NCBI GenBank assembly: GCA_963698135.1
Contig: CAVOPP010000011.1
Coordinates: 198,954 to 230,953 of the forward strand
Direction: 5' to 3'
Length of the DNA: 32,000 nt
From: an uncultured Methanobacteriaceae archaeon
Lineage (GTDB): Archaea > Methanobacteriota > Methanobacteria > Methanobacteriales > Methanobacteriaceae
Under the pieces are notes generated by a model that saw nothing but the letters and a program-made list of their open reading frames with translations, did no database searches and was not told the origin of the DNA. Each line of letters opens with the position of its first letter. Positions within the stretch are counted from its first letter, which is position 1. Both the position numbers and the translations under genes were made by a program. Below, piece after piece: positions 1-9,468 of this stretch.

Positions 1-294
1 GATTTAGAGACCATGAAAGCTGAAAGAGGAGAAGAAGCTGGAGAAATGACTGAATGGGGTAACATTGGTGAAATCAAGGAAATCCTCGGCGCTAACGGAT
101 TAGTAGCTGTGGCTGGCGGAATAACTCCTAACAAAGTGGAGCAAGCCTTAGACAGTGAAGCAGACATTATTGTAGTGGGCCGTTACATTATCGGATCCAG
201 AGATGTCCGCAGATCTGCAGAAGACTTCCTGGAACACATGCCTCAAGACCCAGACACCATGCGACTGGCCCTTGACGAAGACGAGTCTATTTAA
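1..294 (+). CDS. C-terminal end of a HUMPS-family protein (3-hexulose-6-phosphate synthase / orotidine 5'-phosphate decarboxylase-like), truncated by the window start
   Basis: Frame 1 is open from base 1 ([10 protein letters not shown]...). [36 protein letters not shown] matches the phosphate-binding end of a HUMPS TIM barrel. Confidence 0.75.
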   Translation, partial: DLETMKAERGEEAGEMTEWGNIGEIKEILGANGLVAVAGGITPNKVEQALDSEADIIVVGRYIIGSRDVRRSAEDFLEHMPQDPDTMRLALDEDESI

Positions 295-489
295 TCTTAA
301 TTGATTAATAACTCGGATTTTTTTTCTTTTTTAATTAAATATTAATTTTTTTATTTTTCTTTTACATTGTTCCCAAATGATGCCTCTTTTTAACTATTAT
401 TAAAAGCTAAATTTTATTATAAGAAAAGTCAAATTAGATATATAATTATTAATTATTGAAAATTTTAAGATAATATCGAGGTAATCATT

Positions 490-1092
490 ATGATAGTGGG
501 AATATGCGGCAGTCCAAGAAAAAAATCCACAGATTACGTTTTAAAAGAGGCCCTTTCCATAATGGAAGATAAAGGCTTTGAAACCACATTTTATGGAGTA
601 AGGGGTAAAAATATTGGGCCATGCAAGCACTGCGATTACTGTCTAAGGAAAAAAGAATGCTTCTTGAAAGACGACATGATTGAAGTATATGAGTTACTGG
701 ATAAAGCCCAGGGAATTGTAATGGCCACCCCCATCTACAATGGAGGGATAAGTGGTCAGATCAAGTGCATTATGGACCGATGCCGGGCCTTAGGAGCTGC
801 AGATTACGATTCTCTCCGAGGAAAAATAGGCATGGGTATTGCCGTTGGTGGAGACCGGAGCGGTGGCCAGGAACTGGCCCTGCAGCAAATTCACACTTAT
901 TATATATTAAGTGGAGTTATTCCAGTGAGTGGTGGATCCTTTGGAGCTAATCTGGGGGCTTGTTTATGGTCTAAGGATACTTTAGAAGGGATTAAGGAAG
1001 ATGAAGAAGGTTTCAGGACCTTGAGAAAAACCGTGAATATGTTTGCCCGGTATCTGGAAACTTACAACCCGGAAACTCATAAAAAACCTTAA
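490..1092 (+). CDS. Flavodoxin-like / NADPH-dependent FMN reductase family protein (iron-sulfur flavoprotein type)
   Basis: GICGSPRKKSTDYVLKEAL N-terminus, CKHCDYCLRKKECFLKDD Cys cluster and TPIYNGGISGQIKCIMDR motif. Confidence 0.85.
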   Translation: MIVGICGSPRKKSTDYVLKEALSIMEDKGFETTFYGVRGKNIGPCKHCDYCLRKKECFLKDDMIEVYELLDKAQGIVMATPIYNGGISGQIKCIMDRCRALGAADYDSLRGKIGMGIAVGGDRSGGQELALQQIHTYYILSGVIPVSGGSFGANLGACLWSKDTLEGIKEDEEGFRTLRKTVNMFARYLETYNPETHKKP

Positions 1093-1285
1093 TATTATTA
1101 AATCAATTATTTTCAATTTTTTAAATATTCGAATTATAATTATTAAAATTTTTTTTAAAAATTTCAAAATAAATGCAGATATTAATCAAGTTTATAAGCT
1201 AATACTCTAAATAATATCTAGTTTAATTTATTTCATTAATTTTTAAAATTATATTTTATTATCTTTTCAATTATCCGGTGATTCA

Positions 1286-2846
1286 ATGAGTACAAGCAAG
1301 GGAGCAGCAAAGCTACTAAGAGGAAGTTTCCTCTTGATGATAAGTAATCTCCTTTTTAGAGTAGGAGGTTACATATATCGATTTTTAATGGCTAGACTGC
1401 TGGGTCCTGAAGGATACGGAATATTAGGATACACTCTGTTTTTCCAAGGCGTATTTCAGGTTCTTTCTGCAGGAGGATTGCCTCCGGCCATTGCCAAGTA
1501 TGTTTCTCAGCATAAAGCCCTTGAAGAAGATCAAATGGCCAGCCAAGTGGTTTTCACATCGCTAAAATTTATGATGTTTCTGGGAATTTTCTTTTCCATA
1601 GTTATGTTTTTCATTGGGCCAATAATAGCCAATGATATCTGGCATAAACCCGCCGCTAGCCCTTCCTCTTCAAGCAGTAGCATTAATCACTCCTTTTAGT
1701 GTTATAGTAGGGGCTTTTAGAGGCGCATTCCAGGGAATATATAAAATGGAATATGTGGTTGTTACGAGAGCCGTGGAACAGGTTTTCATGATTGTTTTTG
1801 CAGTCGTTCTGGTAATGCTTGGATTTTACGCTGCAGGAGCAGTTATAGGGACAGGAATAGGATTTATGGCCTCCGCAGCTTCAGCCGTAATCATTTTTCG
1901 AAAATATATGTGGAAATATTTGCCCTCACTCGATCCTGAACATAAGTTCAATTTTAGACAGGAAATGGGGCTTATAAAGACCCTTTTAATATTCTCCATA
2001 CCAGTTATCATTACTGCATTATCAGAGATGTCCATTTACGGAGCAAGTATATTTATTTTAGGAATTTTTATGGCCACCAAGTTTAGTGGTTATTATAATG
2101 CCGTAGATCCCATAGCTCGTCTTCCCCTGGTAATATCCCTTTCAGTAGCTACTGCAGTGCTTCCAGCAGCTTCTGAGGCCTTTGCTTTGAAAGATAAAGT
2201 ATTATTAACAACTTATGTAGTTCAATCTTATCGTATGGTAGTTTTAACTGTTCTTCCTCTCTGTATTGGTATTGCTGTCTTTGCCAGGCCGCTTTTGGAG
2301 CTTCTTTTCGGTGTTGATTATATATATGGAGCTGGAGCATTAAGCATATTAGTAATTGGAATGGCATTTTATACCCTATTCATGGTATCCTCCAGCATCG
2401 CCCAGGGATTAGGATATCCCCGGTTACCCATGTACATTTTAGTGGCGGGTAGTGTGGTGAATATAACCTTAAACTGGTTCCTCATACAGTTTTATGGTAT
2501 TATTGGTGCAGCATTAGCTACAACCATTACTGCATTTGTTATAATGATACCTATTTTGTGGAAAACCTATAAAATTACTGAAGTAAAATTGCCATTCATG
2601 GCCTTTGCCAAAATAACTTTAGCCTCCGTAATTATGGGATTAGGAATTTATCTTATCCCTCAAACAATCCCTGGACTAATCATGGCCATTATAATTGCCC
2701 CAATTATATACGTAATCGCCTTCACATTTTTAAAAGGGTTTGAAAAAAGGGACATCCGCATGATGCGTAAAATTGGATCCCGAATGGGCCCATTATCTCG
2801 GCCAGTCGAAAAATTACTTACCTTCATTGATAAATATGCCAAATAA
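1286..2846 (+). pseudogene. Polysaccharide biosynthesis protein / flippase (MATE/MOP superfamily), interrupted by one frameshift near 1652-1662
   Basis: ORF 1286..1699 (frame 2) reads ...NDIWHKPAA and then goes out of frame. ORF 1632..2846 (frame 0) picks up with LALPLQAVALITPFSVIVGAFRGAFQGIYKMEY. Together they give one full-length protein of about 510 aa. Confidence 0.8.
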
Positions 2847-2919
2847 ATGGAAATTTATGAAATAATTGGTTAAATATATCAACTCTGACACATAAAATAA
2901 AGATAAAAAAGGTGTCTTA

Positions 2920-3559
2920 ATGGCCAATACTAGGGATATTCCAGAGTATCAATTAGAAATAGGTGAGAAATCACTATTAATGGATAAAGAAAATTTCAGC
3001 TTCTAAAATATATAGATAGCCTGGGCTCCATTACCCGAGCCTCTAAAGAGTCAAAAATTCCCTACAGGACTGCCCTAAAATACATTGAAGTAATAGAAAA
3101 AATTGTAGGTCAAGCTGTTGTATTGACCCAGAGAGGCGGTAAAGGAGGTGGAGGCGGTAGCCAACTTACTGATACCGGTAAGACAATTATTAAGGAATAT
3201 ATCAAGCTTAATCAAATTATTAAAAAACATTCCAATTTAAATGAGATTGAATGGAACAGTTAGTTCACTGGAAATTGAACAATAGAGTTATGAATGTCAA
3301 AATAGGACAAAATGAGATTATTATTACCCCTCCACAAGGATTTGGAAAAGGTGACAAAGTTTTAATTTTGATTATCAACCCTGAAGATATATTTATTATG
3401 CTCCGTCCCCAGGAATCCAGTGTGAGAAACATTGTAGAGGGCGAAATTGTTGGTATGGAAATTCAAAATGAAATGGTAAAGCTGAAAGTAGCTCTGGATC
3501 CATTAACCAATATTCTGGTGGGATATAACCCGATATTCCTGGAGAAAAACTGGAATTAA
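2920..3559 (+). pseudogene. ModE-like transcriptional regulator (LysR-type winged HTH plus C-terminal TOBE-like domain), broken by three frameshifts
   Basis: ATG at 2920 in frame 1. From 2991 frame 0 reads KFQLLKYIDSLGSITRASKESKIPYRTALKYIEVIEKIVGQAVVLTQRGGKGGGGGSQLTDTGKTIIKEYIKLNQIIKKHSNLNEIE. Frame 1 then reads GTVSSLEIEQ, and frame 2 reads NRVMNVKIGQNEIIITPPQG...VALDPLTNILVGYNPIFLEKNWN. No single frame contains the whole protein. Confidence 0.75.
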
Positions 3560-3630
3560 GATCTGGAAAAAAAGGTTTTTGTTGGATTTAAAGCCACTTC
3601 CCTATCATTAATAAAGATGTAATAGATATT

Positions 3631-3680
3631 ATAACTTATCACTTATAAGTTAAAAGTTGTAACTTATAACTTATAATAAG
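3631..3680. repeat. TTATAAGT-type repeat cluster upstream of the ferredoxin gene
   Basis: ATAACTTATC-ACTTATAAGT-TAAAAGTTGT-AACTTATAACTTATAATAAG; contains palindrome ACTTATAAGT (3641-3650) and AACTTATAACTTATAA (3661-3676). Confidence 0.75.
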
Positions 3681-3696
3681 ATTTTCGAGGTAATTC

Positions 3697-3897
3697 ATGC
3701 AAATATTAGTAGACAAAAAAAGATGTACCGGATGCGGAAAATGCGAGGAAGCGTGTCCAAAAGGAGGAGTAATTTGGTCTATAGACCGTAAAACAGAAAT
3801 AGATGAAGCTTCGAACCTGGAATATTGTCACCAATGCACGATTTGTGCTGGTAAATGCCCGGAAAAAGCAATTACAATTGTTAGAGATGATAACTAA
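3697..3897 (+). CDS. 2x[4Fe-4S] ferredoxin
   Basis: [15 protein letters not shown] and [15 protein letters not shown] motifs. Its TAA overlaps the ATG of hisB (TAATG at 3895-3899). Confidence 0.85.
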   Translation: MQILVDKKRCTGCGKCEEACPKGGVIWSIDRKTEIDEASNLEYCHQCTICAGKCPEKAITIVRDDN

Positions 3898-4475
3898 TGT
3901 CAAGGAAAAAAAATAAGACAAGAAAAACATCTGAAACAGAAATAGAAATTTCACTAAACCTGGATGGAACCGGACAATATAATGTTCAAACAGGTGTGGA
4001 ATTTTTCGACCACATGCTGGAATCATTTGCCCGGCATGGATTTTTCGATCTGGAAGTTAAGGCCCAGGGCGATGTGAGCGTAGATGACCATCACACTGTG
4101 GAAGACGTGGGAATACTATTGGGTGAAGTATTTAATGAGGCAGTAGGAGATAAAAAAGGAATAAATCGGATTTCTCATTCCCTGGTGCCCATGGACGAGG
4201 CTCTGGCCATGGTAGCAGTTGACATAAGCGGCCGAAGCTATTGCATAATAGACATGCACTTTACCCAGCAAAAAGTGGGGGAGTTATCCACCGAAAATGT
4301 GGAGCATTTCCTGGAATCATTTGCCAGCAGCGCCCGGATAAATATAAATGCCAAGGTAGAAGGAGAGAACGACCATCACCAGATCGAGGCACTATTTAAA
4401 GCGCTGGCCCGGGCTCTAAAAGATGCTGTAAAAGTTGAACACGACCAGATACCCAGTACCAAAGGCATTTTATAA
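3897..4475 (+). CDS. hisB: Imidazoleglycerol-phosphate dehydratase
   Basis: [28 protein letters not shown] and [18 protein letters not shown] signatures. Confidence 0.95.
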   Translation: MSRKKNKTRKTSETEIEISLNLDGTGQYNVQTGVEFFDHMLESFARHGFFDLEVKAQGDVSVDDHHTVEDVGILLGEVFNEAVGDKKGINRISHSLVPMDEALAMVAVDISGRSYCIIDMHFTQQKVGELSTENVEHFLESFASSARININAKVEGENDHHQIEALFKALARALKDAVKVEHDQIPSTKGIL

Positions 4476-4498
4476 TTTAATTTTAAAAGAGGGATAAA

Positions 4499-5134
4499 AT
4501 GGTTTCTGAGATACGAAAAAAATTTACCATGCCTACGGCCCGCCTGGAAACCCTGGCCGACGGTATATTCGCCATTGCCATGACTTTACTTGTTTTAAGT
4601 ATTGAAGCTCCCAGTCCCGGAACCATTACTTCTTCTTTAGATTTTCAAAATTATGTTAATGAATTAATTCCTCAAATGTCCGTATATGCACTCAGTTTCA
4701 TTTTACTAGGTTCTTTCTGGTTAAATCACCATATTTTCTTTTTAATTAAAAAAACAAATACCCGACTGGTGTGGGTAAATATCCTCTGGCTCATGATGGT
4801 GGTTCTGGTACCATTTAGCACGTCACTCATTGGTTCTTACAGTCAGTATCCGCTTTCTGAGATAATATTCGGGATTAATATGTTTTTAATTGGAGTTTTA
4901 TACCTTTTAAACCTCCTATATGCTTATTATGGAGATTTTATGGAAGAAAAGGTCAGGCCCTATGCCTGGCGCATAATCTTAGGCAGTATTTCTTTACCGA
5001 TTATAGCATTAGTTTCCATAGCAATTTCCTTTAATAGTCCCTTCTGGAGTCTGGCAGTTTATCCCATAATACCCATAATTATGAGCTCCTTTGCTGTTTT
5101 ATACAGGGCGAGAAAAAGTAAGTACGAAAATTAA
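4499..5134 (+). CDS. TMEM175 family (DUF1211) integral membrane protein
   Basis: RLETLADGIFAIAMTLLVLSIE start motif and multiple hydrophobic helices. Confidence 0.85.
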   Translation: MVSEIRKKFTMPTARLETLADGIFAIAMTLLVLSIEAPSPGTITSSLDFQNYVNELIPQMSVYALSFILLGSFWLNHHIFFLIKKTNTRLVWVNILWLMMVVLVPFSTSLIGSYSQYPLSEIIFGINMFLIGVLYLLNLLYAYYGDFMEEKVRPYAWRIILGSISLPIIALVSIAISFNSPFWSLAVYPIIPIIMSSFAVLYRARKSKYEN

Positions 5135-5189
5135 TAAGCAGATGTAGATGTTGTGGCATATAATGATGTAGGAATAAAAATAAAAATAA

Positions 5190-5486
5190 TTAAATTAAAA
5201 CGGAATATTCTTTTCGCAAGGAAATAAGCTCTTTAGACATTCCATTTAATTCATAGGATTCAATTTCAAAGTCTAACTCATTATAATTATCCAGAACGTG
5301 ATCTATTTTATCCATTACCAGATCAATCTTATTTATTTGGAATGCAATAAATTCCTTATAATTTTTATTTTCTTCGCTTGGTTCATTAAGATCCTTGGTT
5401 CTGATTTGTGGCAGTTTAGATGTCGAAGAAATCTTTATTTCATTATATTCGTCGAATATTTGATCTAATTCTGATTTTGAAAACAT
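5190..5486 (-). CDS. Hypothetical 98-aa acidic, helix-rich protein
   Basis: Intact ORF just downstream of the HD-domain ORF on the same strand; charged composition without repeats. Confidence 0.5.
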   Translation of the reverse strand: MFSKSELDQIFDEYNEIKISSTSKLPQIRTKDLNEPSEENKNYKEFIAFQINKIDLVMDKIDHVLDNYNELDFEIESYELNGMSKELISLRKEYSVLI

Positions 5487-5515
5487 TATTAAATCCCCTA
5501 ATTTGTTATTTATGA

Positions 5516-6727
5516 TTATTCTTCAATCAATTTCTCCAGACTGCGGAAAATTTGGCCGAAATCATTTCCAGAAACCTTTTGAGATTTCCAATATTCCATC
5601 ATACCTTTTTGGGCTTCTTCCAGATCTTTAGAAGTGACACCATGTCGAATAGAAATCTTGGCCTCAGCAAAAGCCGCTAACTGATCACATGCCTTTACCA
5701 GTTCCCCATCTAAAGGAGAAAATTCATTTTTATTATATTTTTTATTTAAATCATTAAATGTTATGAATTTAACCGAAGTCTCATCTTTAATTTTGTTTTT
5801 AAATTCATCCCCAGTAAAATAAAGCATTTCATCGCGCCAGGTCTTGGGAAGAAGAGGCAAAAGCTCCTCTTTCATTTGATAGTCCTCATATTCTTTAATT
5901 ATATCTTCCAGCCCTCTAACTGATCGTTTTACAGGAGATATAATATCCTTGGTCATTACTTCTGGCAGGTCATGAAATAAACCAGCGAAAAAATTGTTAT
6001 AAATCCGCTTATCGCATGCTTTAACACCCATTTCCATGGTACATAAATAAGCAGTGGAGGCCACGATTAACATATGGCCCAGGACTGAGGTTTCAGGAAT
6101 TCGAGGAGAGTGAGCCCATCTTTTCTGAAATCGAAGTTGACCACATAGATCCACAAAGCCAAAGGACTTTTTTTCCAGCATTATCTTTTGAACACCAATT
6201 AAATCATAATGGTCTTCAATCTGGTTTTCGATTTTTTCCCGGGTATTTTCAATTCCATAAATGAAGGGGGCTGTATTGTAAATAATCTTAAATTCCCAGT
6301 TGGTGGCCAGGTAGTGGGCCGCCCGTAAAATTCGTTTTTCCAGCGTGCTTTGCCGACTGAAAAGGTAATTCTTAAATTTTTCCTCAAAAGAATTGTCTTT
6401 TAAGCCTTGAAAATCAGTTTTCAATTCATTTATGACGTGTTTATTTAATTCTTCCCTCTTTTCATCCATCATTCTATGAAACACTGACGGTTTAATATCT
6501 GTTAAAACAAGTCGATGGAAGAAATCAAATAAAAACCCTTCAATTAAGTTAATCCAGTTAATAGAATCTTTTCCCCTGCTATCTTCTTCTATTTTAGCCA
6601 GTACATATGCTATAATCATTTTATGAGCTTGTTTATCCAGTTCTGTCAATTGAACTGGCCTTATATGATCGTTCCATCGTTCCATGGTGGCCGCCTTGAA
6701 GAAGCGTTCTATTAAGTTTTCTATCAT
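5516..6727 (-). CDS. HD domain-containing protein (YfbR/HD-phosphohydrolase-like)
   Basis: VLGHMLIVAS...NNFFAGLFHDLPEVMTKDIISPVK and VKACDQLAAFAEA resemble the metal-binding residues of HD hydrolases. Confidence 0.75.
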   Translation of the reverse strand: MIENLIERFFKAATMERWNDHIRPVQLTELDKQAHKMIIAYVLAKIEEDSRGKDSINWINLIEGFLFDFFHRLVLTDIKPSVFHRMMDEKREELNKHVINELKTDFQGLKDNSFEEKFKNYLFSRQSTLEKRILRAAHYLATNWEFKIIYNTAPFIYGIENTREKIENQIEDHYDLIGVQKIMLEKKSFGFVDLCGQLRFQKRWAHSPRIPETSVLGHMLIVASTAYLCTMEMGVKACDKRIYNNFFAGLFHDLPEVMTKDIISPVKRSVRGLEDIIKEYEDYQMKEELLPLLPKTWRDEMLYFTGDEFKNKIKDETSVKFITFNDLNKKYNKNEFSPLDGELVKACDQLAAFAEAKISIRHGVTSKDLEEAQKGMMEYWKSQKVSGNDFGQIFRSLEKLIEE

Positions 6728-6900
6728 GATTTTACCTTTAATTAGGATTTGTTAATTGAATATTAGAATAATATTAAATATATACTTTATTATTATTACT
6801 ATCAGACAGAATCTTAATCAATAAAATGTCAAAAAATGAATTTCCAGTAATTATTTGATACCCAAAAAATTTGATACTAAAAAAGAAAAAACAACAGGAT

Positions 6901-9216
6901 TTAATATCTTCCTGTTTTGAATTTAATTACATATCCTGGTGTTAAACCATTACCTGCCAGATCACTGATAGCTGAAGAAGGTATGTAAACTGTGTAATAT
7001 GAATTACTGCTTCTTTTACTACTAGTTTTTAGGTAAAGAGTATTTCCTGAAATCCACTTTGAAATATTAACTATTCTTCCGTATTTATCCTTTATCACAA
7101 TTTTGGACCAGTTAATACCTGTTTTAATATTTTCACTGAATTTAAGGTAAATGGTCTTAGTTCTGGATACTCCAGTGGCAGACTTTTTAGGATAAGTATA
7201 TGTCACTTTAGGAGGAATTAAATCGATTTTAACCGATTTATGTATGCTTTGGCTACCCGTGCTGGCTGCAACGTCTGCTGTTCCTGCTTTAGAACCACCT
7301 TTCAAAGTGGATCTGGCCACCCCATTAGTCGTGGCCACATAATTAGTTCCAATTGTTCCCAGGTTAGAGGTAAATTTCACCACTATACCATCAGGTACAT
7401 GGCCCTGGTTAGGGTCGTGATAGACACCATTAACATCATGAAGCAGGTCTGCGGTCAAAACAGCAGTTCCTCCATTGTTAATAACACCCGTGCTTGGATT
7501 AAATCTTAAAACCAACCAGGAAGAAACATTGGAATCAACAACCCTATCTGATGGATTTTGATTGGAGCCCCACCAGTTGTATCGAGCATCAACTGAGTCT
7601 CCTTCATTGTATATGTCTTCTGGATAGTATCCATCCATTCCATTTTCCATTATTTGGCAGAAGTGAATCCTTAAAATACCTTCATTATAAAAAGCATCCC
7701 CATTCATATAAGCACTGTTTCTTTTGAAAATGCTGCCTGATACGTTTACTGTAGAATTACCCCAGTTGGAAATGGCCCCTCCCATATCGGCATAGTTATC
7801 GGTGAAAGTACTATCATATATACTGGAATTACCGTAATTAGAAATAACACCACCATCATAAGCTAAATCATCCAAACCACTGGTAGCAGTATTTTCAGTG
7901 AAAATGCTATTTTTAATAATTAAATTTCCCATATTTGAAATAGCAGCCCCACTATCAGCAAGATTACCTGTGAATTCACAGTTCCTCAAGGCGGTTATAC
8001 CATCATAAGTGGCAATAGCACCACCTAAATAAGGATTCTCGTTATAAGCACTTTGAGCAATATTATGAGCAAATTTACTGGAATTAATTACTAAAGTACC
8101 TTCAAAAGTGCAAATAGCGCCCCCAGAACAAGCAATAGAATTTTCAGAGCTGCTAACCATGTTATCAGAGAAATTGCTTGAATATATGGTTAAGTTACCA
8201 CTATTAGATACAGCTCCGCCCAAAAAAGCACTGTTGCTGGTGAAATTACTATTGAATACGGTTAAATTAGCTAAATTGGCAATAGCACCACCCATAGCAG
8301 ATTCATTACCATTTACAGAGTTTAAATAGAAATTAGTTAGATTTACAAGTAAATTTCCTTGATTGTAAATAGCCCCGCCCAAAAAAGCTTGGTTATTATT
8401 AAAATTGCTTTTATTTATGGTTAAATAACCTAAATTGACAATAGCTCCACCATAATATGCAGTATTATCCTTGAAAATACAGTTTTCTATGGTTGAAAAT
8501 CCATTATAAGATAAATCGGCATAATTAAAAAGAATAGAACCCATTTCTCCCGCATTATTTGTGAAGTTACACCCATTTAAAGTTAAATTTCCTACATTAA
8601 AGATTAAACCTAAACCTTCGGCAGATTCATTTAGTTTAACTACTATATTATTTGTAAAACTACTATTTAATATGGTTAAATTTCCCCCATTTATGATCGC
8701 ACTACCACCAGCAACATGATTGGCAGTAAAAGCTGTATCAATTAAAGTTAGAGTACCATTATTTTCGATATAGCCTCCCGCATCGACATATCCATCAGTT
8801 TGGGTTAAGTTCTGGATGGTTACTATTTGGCCACTTTTTATAGTGAATATCAAAAATGCACCACTCCCATTTATAATAGTTCCCTCACGGCTCTGGCCTT
8901 TGATAGTCATATTCTTGTCAATGGTTATATTGGCATTATTTTCTCCAGAATATACACCATCGGCAATATTCACTATTCCACCATCATTTACTGTTCCTGT
9001 AGCATTTTTAATAGATTTTTTAGGTCCAGTTATACCTATTCCATCCCAAACATCAGATTCACCATCCCAACTGTCATTTCCTGAGGAATCATTTACATAA
9101 ATAACACCCGGATTAGCAGAAACATCATTAACAGAAGCTAATGAAATCATTAAAAAAGCCAAAAGAAAACATGAAGTGATGAGTGGACTTTTAATCTCGT
9201 TAAATTTAGTTATAAT
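6901..9216 (-). CDS. Adhesin-like secreted protein: parallel beta-helix (Pmp-like repeats) with a C-terminal SbsA-type Ig-like domain
   Basis: Repeated GGAIYNxGNLxxxxxxFxxN units and C-terminal KSATGVSRTKTIYLKFSENIKTGINWSKIVI. The ORF track starts at a TTG (9162). The ribosome binding site lies at 9222-9228 and the open frame continues upstream to ATT/ATA at 9216-9211. Confidence 0.85.
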   Translation of the reverse strand: MITKFNEIKSPLITSCFLLAFLMISLASVNDVSANPGVIYVNDSSGNDSWDGESDVWDGIGITGPKKSIKNATGTVNDGGIVNIADGVYSGENNANITIDKNMTIKGQSREGTIINGSGAFLIFTIKSGQIVTIQNLTQTDGYVDAGGYIENNGTLTLIDTAFTANHVAGGSAIINGGNLTILNSSFTNNIVVKLNESAEGLGLIFNVGNLTLNGCNFTNNAGEMGSILFNYADLSYNGFSTIENCIFKDNTAYYGGAIVNLGYLTINKSNFNNNQAFLGGAIYNQGNLLVNLTNFYLNSVNGNESAMGGAIANLANLTVFNSNFTSNSAFLGGAVSNSGNLTIYSSNFSDNMVSSSENSIACSGGAICTFEGTLVINSSKFAHNIAQSAYNENPYLGGAIATYDGITALRNCEFTGNLADSGAAISNMGNLIIKNSIFTENTATSGLDDLAYDGGVISNYGNSSIYDSTFTDNYADMGGAISNWGNSTVNVSGSIFKRNSAYMNGDAFYNEGILRIHFCQIMENGMDGYYPEDIYNEGDSVDARYNWWGSNQNPSDRVVDSNVSSWLVLRFNPSTGVINNGGTAVLTADLLHDVNGVYHDPNQGHVPDGIVVKFTSNLGTIGTNYVATTNGVARSTLKGGSKAGTADVAASTGSQSIHKSVKIDLIPPKVTYTYPKKSATGVSRTKTIYLKFSENIKTGINWSKIVIKDKYGRIVNISKWISGNTLYLKTSSKRSSNSYYTVYIPSSAISDLAGNGLTPGYVIKFKTGRY

Positions 9217-9221
9217 CTTTT

Positions 9222-9228
9222 CACCTCC
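9222..9228 (-). promoter_or_regulatory. Ribosome binding site GGAGGTG for the adhesin-like gene
   Basis: Reverse complement of CACCTCC, followed by AAAAG-ATT-ATA in frame with the CDS. Confidence 0.7.
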
Positions 9229-9468
9229 AAATTTAAGTAAATTTAAAGTAATAATTTACTACCAATACTTATAATGAATAATACTTTAAAGTTTCGATTT
9301 AAATTTCAAAAAAAAAGATTATTCTAAAAATAATTTTACGAAGTTAAAATAAATGAATCTAAATTTAAGTAAAGATATTCCTTTTTAACATTTTTATTGA
9401 AAATAAACATTAATTCATAATTCATAATTCATAATTAATTTTAAAATAAAAAAGTAGGAAAATAATAA

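Noticed and set aside
3251-3559. Stand-alone 102-aa ORF in the track
   Set aside because: It reads as the C-terminal domain of the frameshifted ModE-like gene; the upstream frames join to it by single-base shifts.
7240-9100. Plus-strand ORFs opposite the adhesin-like gene (89, 73, 94, 85 aa)
   Set aside because: They match no recognisable protein and lie opposite a strong repetitive CDS.
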